This document shows positions 1-7,359 of a stretch of DNA of 64,000 nt, one piece after another. The stretch comes from a virus: positions 6,519-70,518 of IMG/VR virus record IMGVR_UViG_3300013093_000040. One strand, written 5' to 3'. The stretch's first letter is position 1. Each line of letters begins with the position of its first letter. The notes beneath the pieces are model-generated. The model was not told where the DNA came from and searched no databases. It saw only the letters and a list, made by a program, of their open reading frames with translations. The position numbers and the translations under genes were made by a program.

Positions 1-12
1 AAATTTAAGTCA

Positions 13-36
13 TAAAAAAAGGGGCTCACGCCCCTT
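13..36 (-). terminator. Rho-independent terminator after the 520-aa gene
   Basis: Minus strand reads AGGGGCGTGAGCCCCT followed by a T run. Confidence 0.75.
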
Positions 37-65
37 AGATTAAGATGTATGTAATTAAACAAAAA

Positions 66-1628
66 TTAAGACATCGCTTCTTGGCCTATTAAGTGAACCC
101 CCACATTTGCAGCGCTACCGCTAGTGGATACAGCCACCGTTAATATATCAGGTAAATTACCCCTGATAGTATTGTACAAAGGAAATAAATTGCTCAGATC
201 GAAAGTTTGCAAACCCGAGCCGCCGGAGGGAGCAACAAAAGCGTACACAATTTCACCGCTTCCTGAAGTCAACGATGTTGCTGATATGTCTCTAGTCGCG
301 AATGAATAGTTCGAACCCAGTTGGTTCATTGGAATAAAATTTGATCCGGTAAGAATGATTGGATTACCTGGAACTGAAGATATTAATTCCACCGTTGCTA
401 AGTTGTCAGAGGACAAAACCAACGATATGGGAAGTATTTGACCCCTATTGATGAGTCCTATAGTGAATTGAGACCCAGAAGTTTGCGCGGACTGGGTCAT
501 GGGCAATCCCGTAACTTGGTCCACAAAATTTATAGAGCTCGAAGTGTTGCTAATTATTCTCGCCACTTGCGATCCTGTTGGGAAATACACAGATTTTCCC
601 AACCACTGATTCACCGACCAAGAAGCCGAAGCTATGGTTATGCTGGAAGTGGTTGCTGATAGTACTGATCCTGTAAATTCTTGTGTGCCCATGGTGCGAT
701 TTTGCAACGATAGCACTGGAAATCTGTAAGAATTCGCGGGAACGTTTCTCCTAGGCTGCGAGGGATTAATACCGTAAGAGTAAGTGAATCCCCTCTGAGC
801 GTCCCTTCCGCCCTCGACTATAACCGAAACGCCGTAGTGAATGAAAGTGGTTGGAGAAGATATCGTTTGTCCCAGTGAACCGCTATTTCTAACTTCGTAT
901 CTAACTGGTAGATTTCCGGTTCTTGACCAAGGACCGTTTGCAACGTTTGCTGTATTAATTGTGTGAAATACGTATTGTTCGCTGTTTAAAGTAACCCCGA
1001 ATCTTACAGTACCTGCTCCGTACCACGCGTACTCAATCCAAAGCATTTGAACATTACTCCAATTCAAACTTTGTGCCGTAGTCAAATCCCCGTTCCATGA
1101 ATTTAGTGGTGTTTTTACGGTCACGGGCAAACTTCCAGTAATACCTGCATCGGAACGAACACAAACGTACATTCCGGATGGATTCAAAGAAGATGTCAAT
1201 CCCTGTTCGAAAAACACGCCGTTGGAATCATCGAAGAATCCGACTCTAGTATAATTTCCAGCAACAGGACCTCCGAAATTTGCATTGGCGGACATATACA
1301 TGGTTTTTCCAGGTTGGTACCTGTGATACGGCCTGGATTGGCGAATTGCAATATCATTAGATCCTGTACCTACGCTCATTACAACACCGCCCAAACTTGA
1401 AACTTGTTGTACTGAAGCAGATCCGTACGTAAGACTTTCCCAACGTAGAGGTTGAGGACCGTATTCAAAGTCAGCTTCGTACACGTTTTGGTGAATTGTG
1501 ACCTTTTGTCTACCGAAGTTATCCGAAGATTTTTCTGACGGTTGGTGATTGACAGCGTATCCACCGTTGGAAATGAGAACACCGCTCAAACCGTAATTGG
1601 GATTTGTTAAATTAAATTGAGAAGACAT
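66..1628 (-). CDS. Putative virion structural / tail-associated protein (520 aa, beta-rich)
   Basis: Long Ser/Gly/Thr/Asn-rich ORF with the ATATTTAT motif upstream (1646-1652). Composition resembles the tail-fibre genes. Confidence 0.55.
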   Translation of the reverse strand: MSSQFNLTNPNYGLSGVLISNGGYAVNHQPSEKSSDNFGRQKVTIHQNVYEADFEYGPQPLRWESLTYGSASVQQVSSLGGVVMSVGTGSNDIAIRQSRPYHRYQPGKTMYMSANANFGGPVAGNYTRVGFFDDSNGVFFEQGLTSSLNPSGMYVCVRSDAGITGSLPVTVKTPLNSWNGDLTTAQSLNWSNVQMLWIEYAWYGAGTVRFGVTLNSEQYVFHTINTANVANGPWSRTGNLPVRYEVRNSGSLGQTISSPTTFIHYGVSVIVEGGRDAQRGFTYSYGINPSQPRRNVPANSYRFPVLSLQNRTMGTQEFTGSVLSATTSSITIASASWSVNQWLGKSVYFPTGSQVARIISNTSSSINFVDQVTGLPMTQSAQTSGSQFTIGLINRGQILPISLVLSSDNLATVELISSVPGNPIILTGSNFIPMNQLGSNYSFATRDISATSLTSGSGEIVYAFVAPSGGSGLQTFDLSNLFPLYNTIRGNLPDILTVAVSTSGSAANVGVHLIGQEAMS

Positions 1629-1672
1629 GAAAATATATATTTTTAATAAATATCATGACCCTCTAAGGGAAC

Positions 1673-1700
1673 AAAAAAAGGCCCCCAAAAATTGGAGGCC
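1673..1700 (-). terminator. Terminator ending the tRNA-array transcription unit
   Basis: GGCCTCC-loop-GGGGGCC followed by T7 on the minus strand. Confidence 0.7.
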
Positions 1701-1727
1701 GATGTATATCTAAACAATCCAGAAAAA

Positions 1728-2189
1728 TTAAAATTTTACCAACGAGTCTGCTGCGTACGTCATGACAGGAGAATTTCTCTTGTATCTAACGTTGTAACCC
1801 ATTCCAGTAACAATCCCGATCGCGCTAGCAAGCGCTTGGTTGGACTTGTACTTTGGATCTGGGTTCAGGTCAATGTCTATCCACCTGGCTACTATTCCCA
1901 CTTCAGCTTTTAAAGCTTCGGCTACTTCCACGGAAAACCACACTTCGTTCAACAACCTTATTGTGTTGTCCTTTTCCCGAATGGTCTTAAACCTAGAATA
2001 AAGAACATGGGCGCCCTTGTGGGGTTTGTAAAGACCCACAACAGTAGCGTAAATCGTCTCTCTCTTGTGATTTTGCGAATCGCACCCTATCAGTATTTCA
2101 ACTTCAGGATTTTTTTGCATGTAGTCCCTAACGTAACTTACCAACTCTACTTGCTTTTTACCCACGAGCGTGCTAAATACTTTTTCCAT
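1728..2189 (-). CDS. RNase H-like YkuK (DUF458) family protein
   Basis: IGCDSQ, RLLNEVWFS and IDIDLNPD motifs typical of YkuK-like proteins. Confidence 0.75.
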   Translation of the reverse strand: MEKVFSTLVGKKQVELVSYVRDYMQKNPEVEILIGCDSQNHKRETIYATVVGLYKPHKGAHVLYSRFKTIREKDNTIRLLNEVWFSVEVAEALKAEVGIVARWIDIDLNPDPKYKSNQALASAIGIVTGMGYNVRYKRNSPVMTYAADSLVKF

Positions 2190-2227
2190 GGCCTTTATTG
2201 TTTATTAATAATTATGTTCAATCCCAG

Positions 2228-2303
2228 TACCCGTGACAGGAGTCGAACCTGCAAAAAAACTTGGGTTTAAACCAAGCGCGTCTACCATTTTCACCACACG
2301 GGC
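2228..2303 (-). tRNA. tRNA-Leu(TAA), short variable loop
   Basis: Cloverleaf; anticodon arm CTTGG-TTTAAAC-CCAAG; GGTTCGACTCC T arm; A73. Confidence 0.85.
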
Positions 2304-2309
2304 GTTGTG

Positions 2310-2383
2310 TACCCGCTGTCGGAGTCGAACCGACAAAAATTACGGTTTGAACGTAATGCGTTTACCAATTTCGCCAAGCGGGC
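2310..2383 (-). tRNA. tRNA-Leu(CAA), short variable loop
   Basis: Anticodon arm TTACG-TTCAAAC-CGTAA; canonical T arm; A73. Confidence 0.85.
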
Positions 2384-2388
2384 AAGTG

Positions 2389-2462
2389 TACCCCGGGAGA
2401 GACTCGAACTCTCAAATCCCTGAGCCTAAATCAGGTGGATATGCCAATTCTCCTACCAGGGC
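2389..2462 (-). tRNA. tRNA-Leu(TAG), short variable loop
   Basis: Anticodon arm CCTGA-TTTAGGC-TCAGG; A73. Confidence 0.85.
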
Positions 2463-2467
2463 AATAA

Positions 2468-2525
2468 CGCAGTCTTTCCTGCTGTCATCGATTTACAATG
2501 CCTACACTAATCGAGAAACCCTGCG
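2468..2525 (-). ncRNA. Small structured RNA candidate
   Basis: TCGATT/AATCGA hairpin followed by TGACA-GCAG-GAAAGA-CTGC hairpin. Confidence 0.4.
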
Positions 2526-2668
2526 CTGACAGGAAAGGACTTGAACCTCTACGTGGTCTTTAGAATCGGAACATTGCGCGCTTTGTGGTCAACCCATTAT
2601 CCCGTTTTTGTCAGATGCTCCACACCCCCGAGACAAGGGGGCTCGTCTGCCAATTTCGACACCTGTCA
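2526..2668 (-). ncRNA. tRNA-like RNA with GTC anticodon and 74-nt variable arm
   Basis: Acceptor TGACAGG/CCTGTCA; D arm TCG/CGA; anticodon arm CCCCC-TTGTCTC-GGGGG; T arm AGAGG-TTCAAGT-CCTTT. Confidence 0.75.
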
Positions 2669-2676
2669 ATTTTTAG

Positions 2677-2749
2677 TAGTCCAACCGGGACTCGAACCCA
2701 GAATTGCTCCTTAGGAGGAAGCAGTTATGTCCAATTTAACTATTGAACC
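2677..2749 (-). tRNA. tRNA-Arg(CCT)
   Basis: Anticodon arm GCTTC-CTCCTAA-GGAGC; cloverleaf. Confidence 0.85.
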
Positions 2750-2754
2750 GTTTG

Positions 2755-2827
2755 TGATTCCGAGCAGGGTCGAACTGCTATACTTTGCTTAGAAGGCAAA
2801 TGTCCTAATCCATTAAACGACGGAACC
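2755..2827 (-). tRNA. tRNA-Arg(TCT)
   Basis: Anticodon arm TTTGC-CTTCTAA-GCAAA. Confidence 0.85.
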
Positions 2828-2832
2828 GTAAG

Positions 2833-2904
2833 AGCGGCGGAAAGGAATCGAACCTTCATCTCCAACTTGGAAGGATGGAGTAATAGCCATTATACGACCA
2901 CCGC
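2833..2904 (-). tRNA. tRNA-Gly(TCC)
   Basis: Anticodon loop CTTCCAA; GCG start; U73. Confidence 0.85.
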
Positions 2905-2915
2905 AAAATGTTTTG

Positions 2916-2987
2916 AGCCCAAACCCGGAACCGAACCGGAAACTTATGCTTACAAGGCATGCGTTTTTCCAGTTAAACTATTCAGGC
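2916..2987 (-). tRNA. tRNA-Thr(TGT)
   Basis: Anticodon loop CTTGTAA; cloverleaf. Confidence 0.8.
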
Positions 2988-2999
2988 AAAATAATTTCG

Positions 3000-3068
3000 T
3001 ACCGTACACAAGTGTCGATCTTGCCTGAGGGTCCTTATGAGGAACTCTTGTTCGCCGGAACGTACGGT
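3000..3068 (-). tRNA. Minimal tRNA-like RNA, anticodon CAT
   Basis: Perfect acceptor ACCGTAC/GTACGGT; tiny D hairpin GTTC-CGGC-GAAC; loop CTCATAA; T loop ATCGACA. Confidence 0.55.
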
Positions 3069-3109
3069 GTAATAGTTTTAAATGCTTCTTCAGTATTTGA
3101 TATAATAAT

Positions 3110-3117
3110 CAAACTTA
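3110..3117 (-). promoter_or_regulatory. Bacteroidota-type -7 promoter box TAAGTTTG
   Basis: Matches the TAnnTTTG consensus. Other intergenic copies at 9855-9862 and 45705-45712. Confidence 0.45.
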
Positions 3118-3122
3118 ATCGT

Positions 3123-3193
3123 TGCTGCGTCCTCGAATCGAACGAGGTTTATTTGGCTTATGAGACCAACCAGATACCTTACCTCCCGCCAGC
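3123..3193 (-). tRNA. tRNA with CAT anticodon (Met or Ile2), bulged acceptor
   Basis: Anticodon arm TTGGT-CTCATAA-GCCAA; T arm CCTCG-TTCGATT-CGAGG. Confidence 0.7.
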
Positions 3194-3213
3194 TATGTAA
3201 TTATTCAAAAATT

Positions 3214-3690
3214 TTATATTTTAGGAGTCAATGCGATGAAACTCTTGTTCCCCGCTTGGTGCTCCGTCCAATCCATGTTAAAAGCGTACGCCACGTACAG
3301 CGCAGTTGCTTTATCTGATTCTCTATTTGTGTCGTCGAACAGAATCGGTACGTTTCTGGGCAACAGATCCAAATTGTTTTTTATGTTCGGTCTATTGGGA
3401 CCCACCGGACCGTCGACTACGCACGCATCGTAGTGATTGTAAGTTAAATAATTTTCCACTCTTCTTCTATCGTACCAACCGTACAAGAGAGGGGTGTGAA
3501 AGACTATTTTTCCGGGTTCATCAAAGGGTTTTAACTTTTCGTAATACTCTTCGTTGTCTTCTATGGATACTACGTAAGAAAATATTTTTCTTAACTCAAG
3601 TGTGGCCGCTCCCGAACCTAATTCTAACAAAGTGGAACCCGGTTTTTTTGCCACTTTGTTGGCCAGCATGTCAAACATTTCAACTGGCAT
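3214..3690 (-). CDS. Class I SAM-dependent methyltransferase-like protein
   Basis: LLELGSGAAT motif I, SIED and VVDGP motifs. Confidence 0.65.
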   Translation of the reverse strand: MPVEMFDMLANKVAKKPGSTLLELGSGAATLELRKIFSYVVSIEDNEEYYEKLKPFDEPGKIVFHTPLLYGWYDRRRVENYLTYNHYDACVVDGPVGPNRPNIKNNLDLLPRNVPILFDDTNRESDKATALYVAYAFNMDWTEHQAGNKSFIALTPKI

Positions 3691-3745
3691 TGACCAACCC
3701 TCAAAAACTTCCCTGTTTACCTATTGCATGAATAACCTTTTGTTG

Positions 3746-3818
3746 TACTGGAGGAAGGACTCGAACCTTCAACCTCGATGGTATAAGCATCTTGCGCTAA
3801 CCATTGCGCCACTCCAGC
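3746..3818 (-). tRNA. tRNA-Ile(TAT)
   Basis: Canonical cloverleaf with anticodon loop CTTATAC. Confidence 0.85.
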
Positions 3819-3879
3819 AAATTTAACTACCCACCCTTTAAGTAATCATCTCTGTGCCGCCATCCACGTCATGCGCTGG

Positions 3880-4837
3880 TTATGCATGGCGGGTAGTGTA
3901 AATTTTTTGTATAGATATAAAACTAACCAATTCTTTTTTGGTGCTTACTATTTTAAAACCGTTATTATATATATCTATTGCGTAAATTACTTTTTCGAAA
4001 AATTTCGGTTGTTTTATAAAAGTTTTTACGGATTGATATCCATTTACAACAATTTTTACGCTCTTGGAATATTCCATTTCTTCTCTGTCCCTAAGGGAAA
4101 TTTTACCGCTTCCGCCGTCAGTAGAAAGTACAATGCTTCCAGTAGCGTCCTTTACAACTACATAAACTTCTGCTGTATCGTTGTTCATCAATCTATTTTC
4201 AACGTCGAACGATATTTCAAGTTCGTCTGTTCTTTTAGCCGATTTGACCCTCTTTACTTCTCCGTTGTTTTTTACTTTAAGGGCGGTTACGTTAATCGAA
4301 CGAGCGAACAATGTTGAACCAACGTCAACCATCGATTTTAATACTTCGTTGGTGTCCTTTACTGATTGTACCTGTTTTACTAGGTCGTCTCCCTGTTTTT
4401 GTAATGTATCAACTTTCCCTCTTAGTTCTGAATTCGCCTTTGCGATCTCTTCGTTTTGTGCAAGCAAAGAATTTATTTTTTCCTCTAATTGCTTGATCAA
4501 CTCTTCGGCTTTCTTTTTTTCCGCTTCGGTCAAATTCTGTTTCGTTATCAACTTCCTTATTTCCCTTCTCAAACTGTTAACTTGGGAATTTTTACTGACC
4601 AACTTTGACTGCAACACACTATTTTCAGTTAACAGTGAATCCAATCTCACAAGGGCAGCGCTAAATTCTTTATCAACGTAATCCTTTTCGACAGAAATTT
4701 TTGAATATAGTTCGTCCTGCCTTTTAGTGATCTCTGCGTGCTTGTTATTGTTGTAGAGAGCAACTCCCCCAACTTGCAAGAGCTAGAAAAAATAGTACAG
4801 AGATTACAAGATTTTTTCAGTGTTTTTTGATGTCCAT
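3880..4837 (-). CDS. Membrane-anchored coiled-coil protein; 5' end frameshifted (track ORF 3880-4779)
   Basis: Long heptad region. ATG near 4837 and a hydrophobic segment are out of frame at A and G homopolymers. Confidence 0.55.
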
Positions 4838-4909
4838 TTTATTTAATTTTTAAGATGAACTATACATAGTGAAAAAACCGTGCCAAACTGTCGAATATTC
4901 CCACATTTT

Positions 4910-5152
4910 TTAAACGTCCCACTCCCTGCATCCGTGTTCGAAAGCTTCCTCAACAGAAAGTGTGGGATCATTTTTCATGGCCAACAAAGCAAAAACTATC
5001 ACTTCAACGTCCAATCCACTTTCTTGTACGTATTGAAGCCTCGAACATATTTTGTCCATCGCCGAATCTATGTCCGATACTTCACTATCCAAACCGCTCT
5101 TCATTTGTAAAACTGTAGAAATTACCTCTTCGCCCGTTAATTCCGTATCCAT
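4910..5152 (-). CDS. Hypothetical acidic protein (80 aa)
   Basis: ATG ORF in array orientation with an A-rich upstream region. Confidence 0.6.
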   Translation of the reverse strand: MDTELTGEEVISTVLQMKSGLDSEVSDIDSAMDKICSRLQYVQESGLDVEVIVFALLAMKNDPTLSVEEAFEHGCREWDV

Positions 5153-5168
5153 AACTTTTAAATTTTAG

Positions 5169-5241
5169 AATTCTGTGAGAGATTCGAACTCCCGTCTCCG
5201 GCTCCTTATGCCGGTGCTCTAACCACTGAGCTAACAAAATC
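5169..5241 (-). tRNA. Atypical tRNA, anticodon AAG (identity uncertain)
   Basis: Good D arm (GCTC/GAGC) and T arm; anticodon arm CCGGC-ATAAGGA-GCCGG; AU-rich acceptor. Confidence 0.6.
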
Positions 5242-5341
5242 GACTACTTTTTAGAGCTTTCTGCAGGAGCTCAATTTAGTAGTGGGACATGAAAGTTATT
5301 CCTGTTTCTGCAGTCCAGTTTCGCTTTTCCAATCCCTTTGC

Positions 5342-5410
5342 TGATCTACCGGGAATTGAGCCCGATTCCTCCCGCCGCATTGCGGGTATGCACCTTACAC
5401 CACAACCATG
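5342..5410 (-). pseudogene. Degenerate tRNA-like element
   Basis: CCCGC/GCGGG arm with a 6-nt loop; T-arm-like TCGGG-CTCAATT-CCCGG; weak acceptor. Confidence 0.4.
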
Positions 5411-5463
5411 AAGCCAGAAATTTCGAACTTTCCAGCCCGGGGTCAATTACTCCCCGAGTTTGC

Positions 5464-5534
5464 CGAGAGTGGGAGGTTCGAACTTCGACTTTCGTCGTGA
5501 CAGGACGACGTGCGCGCCATTACACTACACCCTC
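5464..5534 (-). tRNA. tRNA-Asp(GTC) with shortened T stem
   Basis: Anticodon arm TCGTC-CTGTCAC-GACGA; G73; 4-nt 3' T-stem strand. Confidence 0.7.
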
Positions 5535-5552
5535 GAAATTTTAATTAAACAG

Positions 5553-5630
5553 TACTACCGACCGGGATCGAACCGGCACGATGTCCTCATTGAAAGTGAG
5601 GTGACCTATTCCCATTTAGTCCCCGGTAGC
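5553..5630 (-). tRNA. tRNA-Glu(TTC)
   Basis: Anticodon arm CCTCA-CTTTCAA-TGAGG. Confidence 0.8.
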
Positions 5631-5675
5631 ATAAATGTAAAGAATCTATTTTAATTTTTACAATACATTTTTTCA

Positions 5676-5759
5676 GTAGTAGCGGTTGGAGTCGAACCAA
5701 CAATCCATACAGATTATGTGATTTACAGTCACACGCCTGACCGCTTGAGCATCACTACC
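5676..5759 (-). tRNA. tRNA-Tyr(GTA)
   Basis: Anticodon arm TGTGA-CTGTAAA-TCACA; long variable arm. Confidence 0.85.
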
Positions 5760-5763
5760 AAAT

Positions 5764-5790
5764 TGGAGGGAAGGGAGAATTTCGAAATCC
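5764..5790 (-). pseudogene. 3' remnant of a tRNA (T loop, acceptor strand, CCA)
   Basis: Minus strand GGATTTCGAAATTCTCCCTTCCCTCCA with no matching 5' half. Confidence 0.5.
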
Positions 5791-5822
5791 ACTTTAAATA
5801 TAAATCATTATATAATATTAAT

Positions 5823-6284
5823 TCAATGATCTATAAATTTTTTTGCTTCATTAATCTTCTCTTTTGTGTTATTATACAAATCTCTCCATCTTATTCTTAA
5901 AATTTTCCATACATGCTTTATACATAATGCGTCTTTTTTATTATCTCTTTCTTTATACTCATAAAATCTTTTGTGTTGATCTCCGTCAATTTCAATAGCT
6001 TTTTTTAAATCAACCCAAGCAAAATCTAATGAGTATATTCCAATAGGATATTCAGTTTTATAATTCTTATCCAAAAATTCATTTTTAATAATTTCAACTA
6101 TCCTTTTCGAACTTACCAACGCACACTTATATTTAATCTCCTCAATCCTTCTCTTGGGTACATCGTAATGGTGCTTGTGAAACCAACACTTTTTTATTCC
6201 CAAATCGTTCGCCATTTTGTACAAATTTTCAACGCTGTAAGGTTCGCACACTAAATGTCTACGTTCATCGCAATAGTACTTCAT
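5823..6284 (-). CDS. Fusion of a small DUF4031-like domain and a DUF559/Vsr-like endonuclease domain
   Basis: N-terminal HL...LGIKKCWFHKHHYDVP; C-terminal YSLDFAW..AIEIDGDQH..RD...WKILRI. Confidence 0.6.
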   Translation of the reverse strand: MKYYCDERRHLVCEPYSVENLYKMANDLGIKKCWFHKHHYDVPKRRIEEIKYKCALVSSKRIVEIIKNEFLDKNYKTEYPIGIYSLDFAWVDLKKAIEIDGDQHKRFYEYKERDNKKDALCIKHVWKILRIRWRDLYNNTKEKINEAKKFIDH

Positions 6285-6290
6285 CTTTTG

Positions 6291-6375
6291 CGGAAGATAG
6301 AGGTAACGATCCTCTTTGAGTTTTACCCCAGCCTCAGTTTAGCAAACTGGCCATTTACCTTTCATGCAATCTTCC
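6291..6375 (-). tRNA. tRNA-Ser(GCT)
   Basis: GGA start; anticodon loop TTGCTAA; long variable arm; G73; atypical T loop ATCGTTA. Confidence 0.8.
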
Positions 6376-6386
6376 AATTGACGGCG

Positions 6387-6458
6387 GGTGTAGGGACGGT
6401 ATCGAACCGTCTTCCCGGGCTCCACAAACCCGTGCATCACCTTAATGCTTCGAACACC
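6387..6458 (-). tRNA. tRNA-His(GTG)
   Basis: G-1 and C73; anticodon arm CGGGT-TTGTGGA-GCCCG; two acceptor mismatches. Confidence 0.75.
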
Positions 6459-6547
6459 GTTTAAAAAATCTCCTGTGTGCTACTCCTACCGGTCCCATGT
6501 TCGGCGGTTAAAAGTAAGGTACATCTTTTAGTCACCCAGAGATTTTG

Positions 6548-6629
6548 CGGAGGGTGACGGACTCGAACCCTCACAAGTTTTACCCCTTCACCGTTTTCAA
6601 GACGGCTAACTACTCCTTTAGGACCCTCC
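6548..6629 (-). tRNA. tRNA-Ser(TGA)
   Basis: GGAGGGT/ACCCTCC acceptor; loop CTTGAAA; long variable arm; G73. Confidence 0.75.
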
Positions 6630-6634
6630 AAAAA

Positions 6635-6988
6635 TCATTTATAATATATCCTCTCCGGGTACTCCCCAAACATAAACAGAGTCACTGGGCACAGCCACAT
6701 GGTCAAGTTGGAGTAATCTATTCCTTTGTAATTGCCTATCCTGTAATAAGCTCCAAACTCATCCCCGAAATCGTCCTCTCTTTCCAGTGTTATGTACTCG
6801 GAACCTTCAAATTCTTCGGTGTCAAGTACCAACGTTATTTCTGATTCACCATAACTCAAAACGTCCAACCAATAGTCCGCTCCGGCCACCATCTGACACG
6901 CTTCCTTTGTTCCTCCTGCCTCTATGTAATCCGGTAAATCTGCGTACCAACAACCCGATGCTTCCTTGTAAAATCTTAACTCAATCAT
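6635..6988 (-). CDS. Hypothetical protein (possibly DUF6717-like)
   Basis: FYKE..WY.DLP, MVAGAD..LD and WLCPVT..FGEYP motifs recalled from phage proteins. Confidence 0.55.
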   Translation of the reverse strand: MIELRFYKEASGCWYADLPDYIEAGGTKEACQMVAGADYWLDVLSYGESEITLVLDTEEFEGSEYITLEREDDFGDEFGAYYRIGNYKGIDYSNLTMWLCPVTLFMFGEYPERIYYK

Positions 6989-7004
6989 AACATTTATTTT
7001 TTAG

Positions 7005-7077
7005 TTGTCCCACTCCGAATCGAACAGAGATTACTAGGGCCAAATCCTAGTGTAATTAGCCATTATACCATGGGACA
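7005..7077 (-). tRNA. tRNA-Gln(TTG)
   Basis: TGTCCCA/TGGGACA acceptor; anticodon arm CTAGG-ATTTGGC-CCTAG. Confidence 0.8.
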
Positions 7078-7093
7078 GTTTAAACTTTTTTAG

Positions 7094-7165
7094 AGCGACT
7101 AGCCAGATTCGAACTGGCATCTCAGCCTTGACAAGGCCGAACACTAACCGTTGCACCACACCCGT
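7094..7165 (-). tRNA. Degenerate tRNA with Gly-like body and GTC anticodon
   Basis: Anticodon arm CGGCC-TTGTCAA-GGCTG; 4-nt variable loop; U73; mismatched acceptor. Confidence 0.55.
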
Positions 7166-7215
7166 GTTTCTAAATTTCCCTATTTCAAAGAACCCAACAT
7201 TCAATACTTTCATTG

Positions 7216-7302
7216 TGCGCCCAGAAGGATTCGAACCTTCAACTGACTTACGTCTCCCCACTGGTTAAAAGCCAGTTGCTCTACCAATTGAGCCATGAGC
7301 GC
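7216..7302 (-). tRNA. tRNA-Lys(TTT) with an extra long variable arm
   Basis: Anticodon arm ACTGG-CTTTTAA-CCAGT; variable region containing a GAC-GTAA-GTC hairpin. Confidence 0.85.
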
Positions 7303-7359
7303 ATTATTTTTTAAATGCCGCACTCACGCTTATTCGGTGCAGCAACTAACGTTTTCGTT

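Noticed and set aside
2526-2668. tmRNA or group I intron-containing tRNA
   Set aside because: It is too short, has an intact anticodon arm, lacks the G3:U70 alanine identity, and shows no group I core motifs.
2007-7261. Short ORFs over the tRNA array (e.g. 2233-2529 +, 2913-3200 +, 5338-5654 +, 7034-7261 -)
   Set aside because: They overlap clear tRNA cloverleaves and have no protein motifs.
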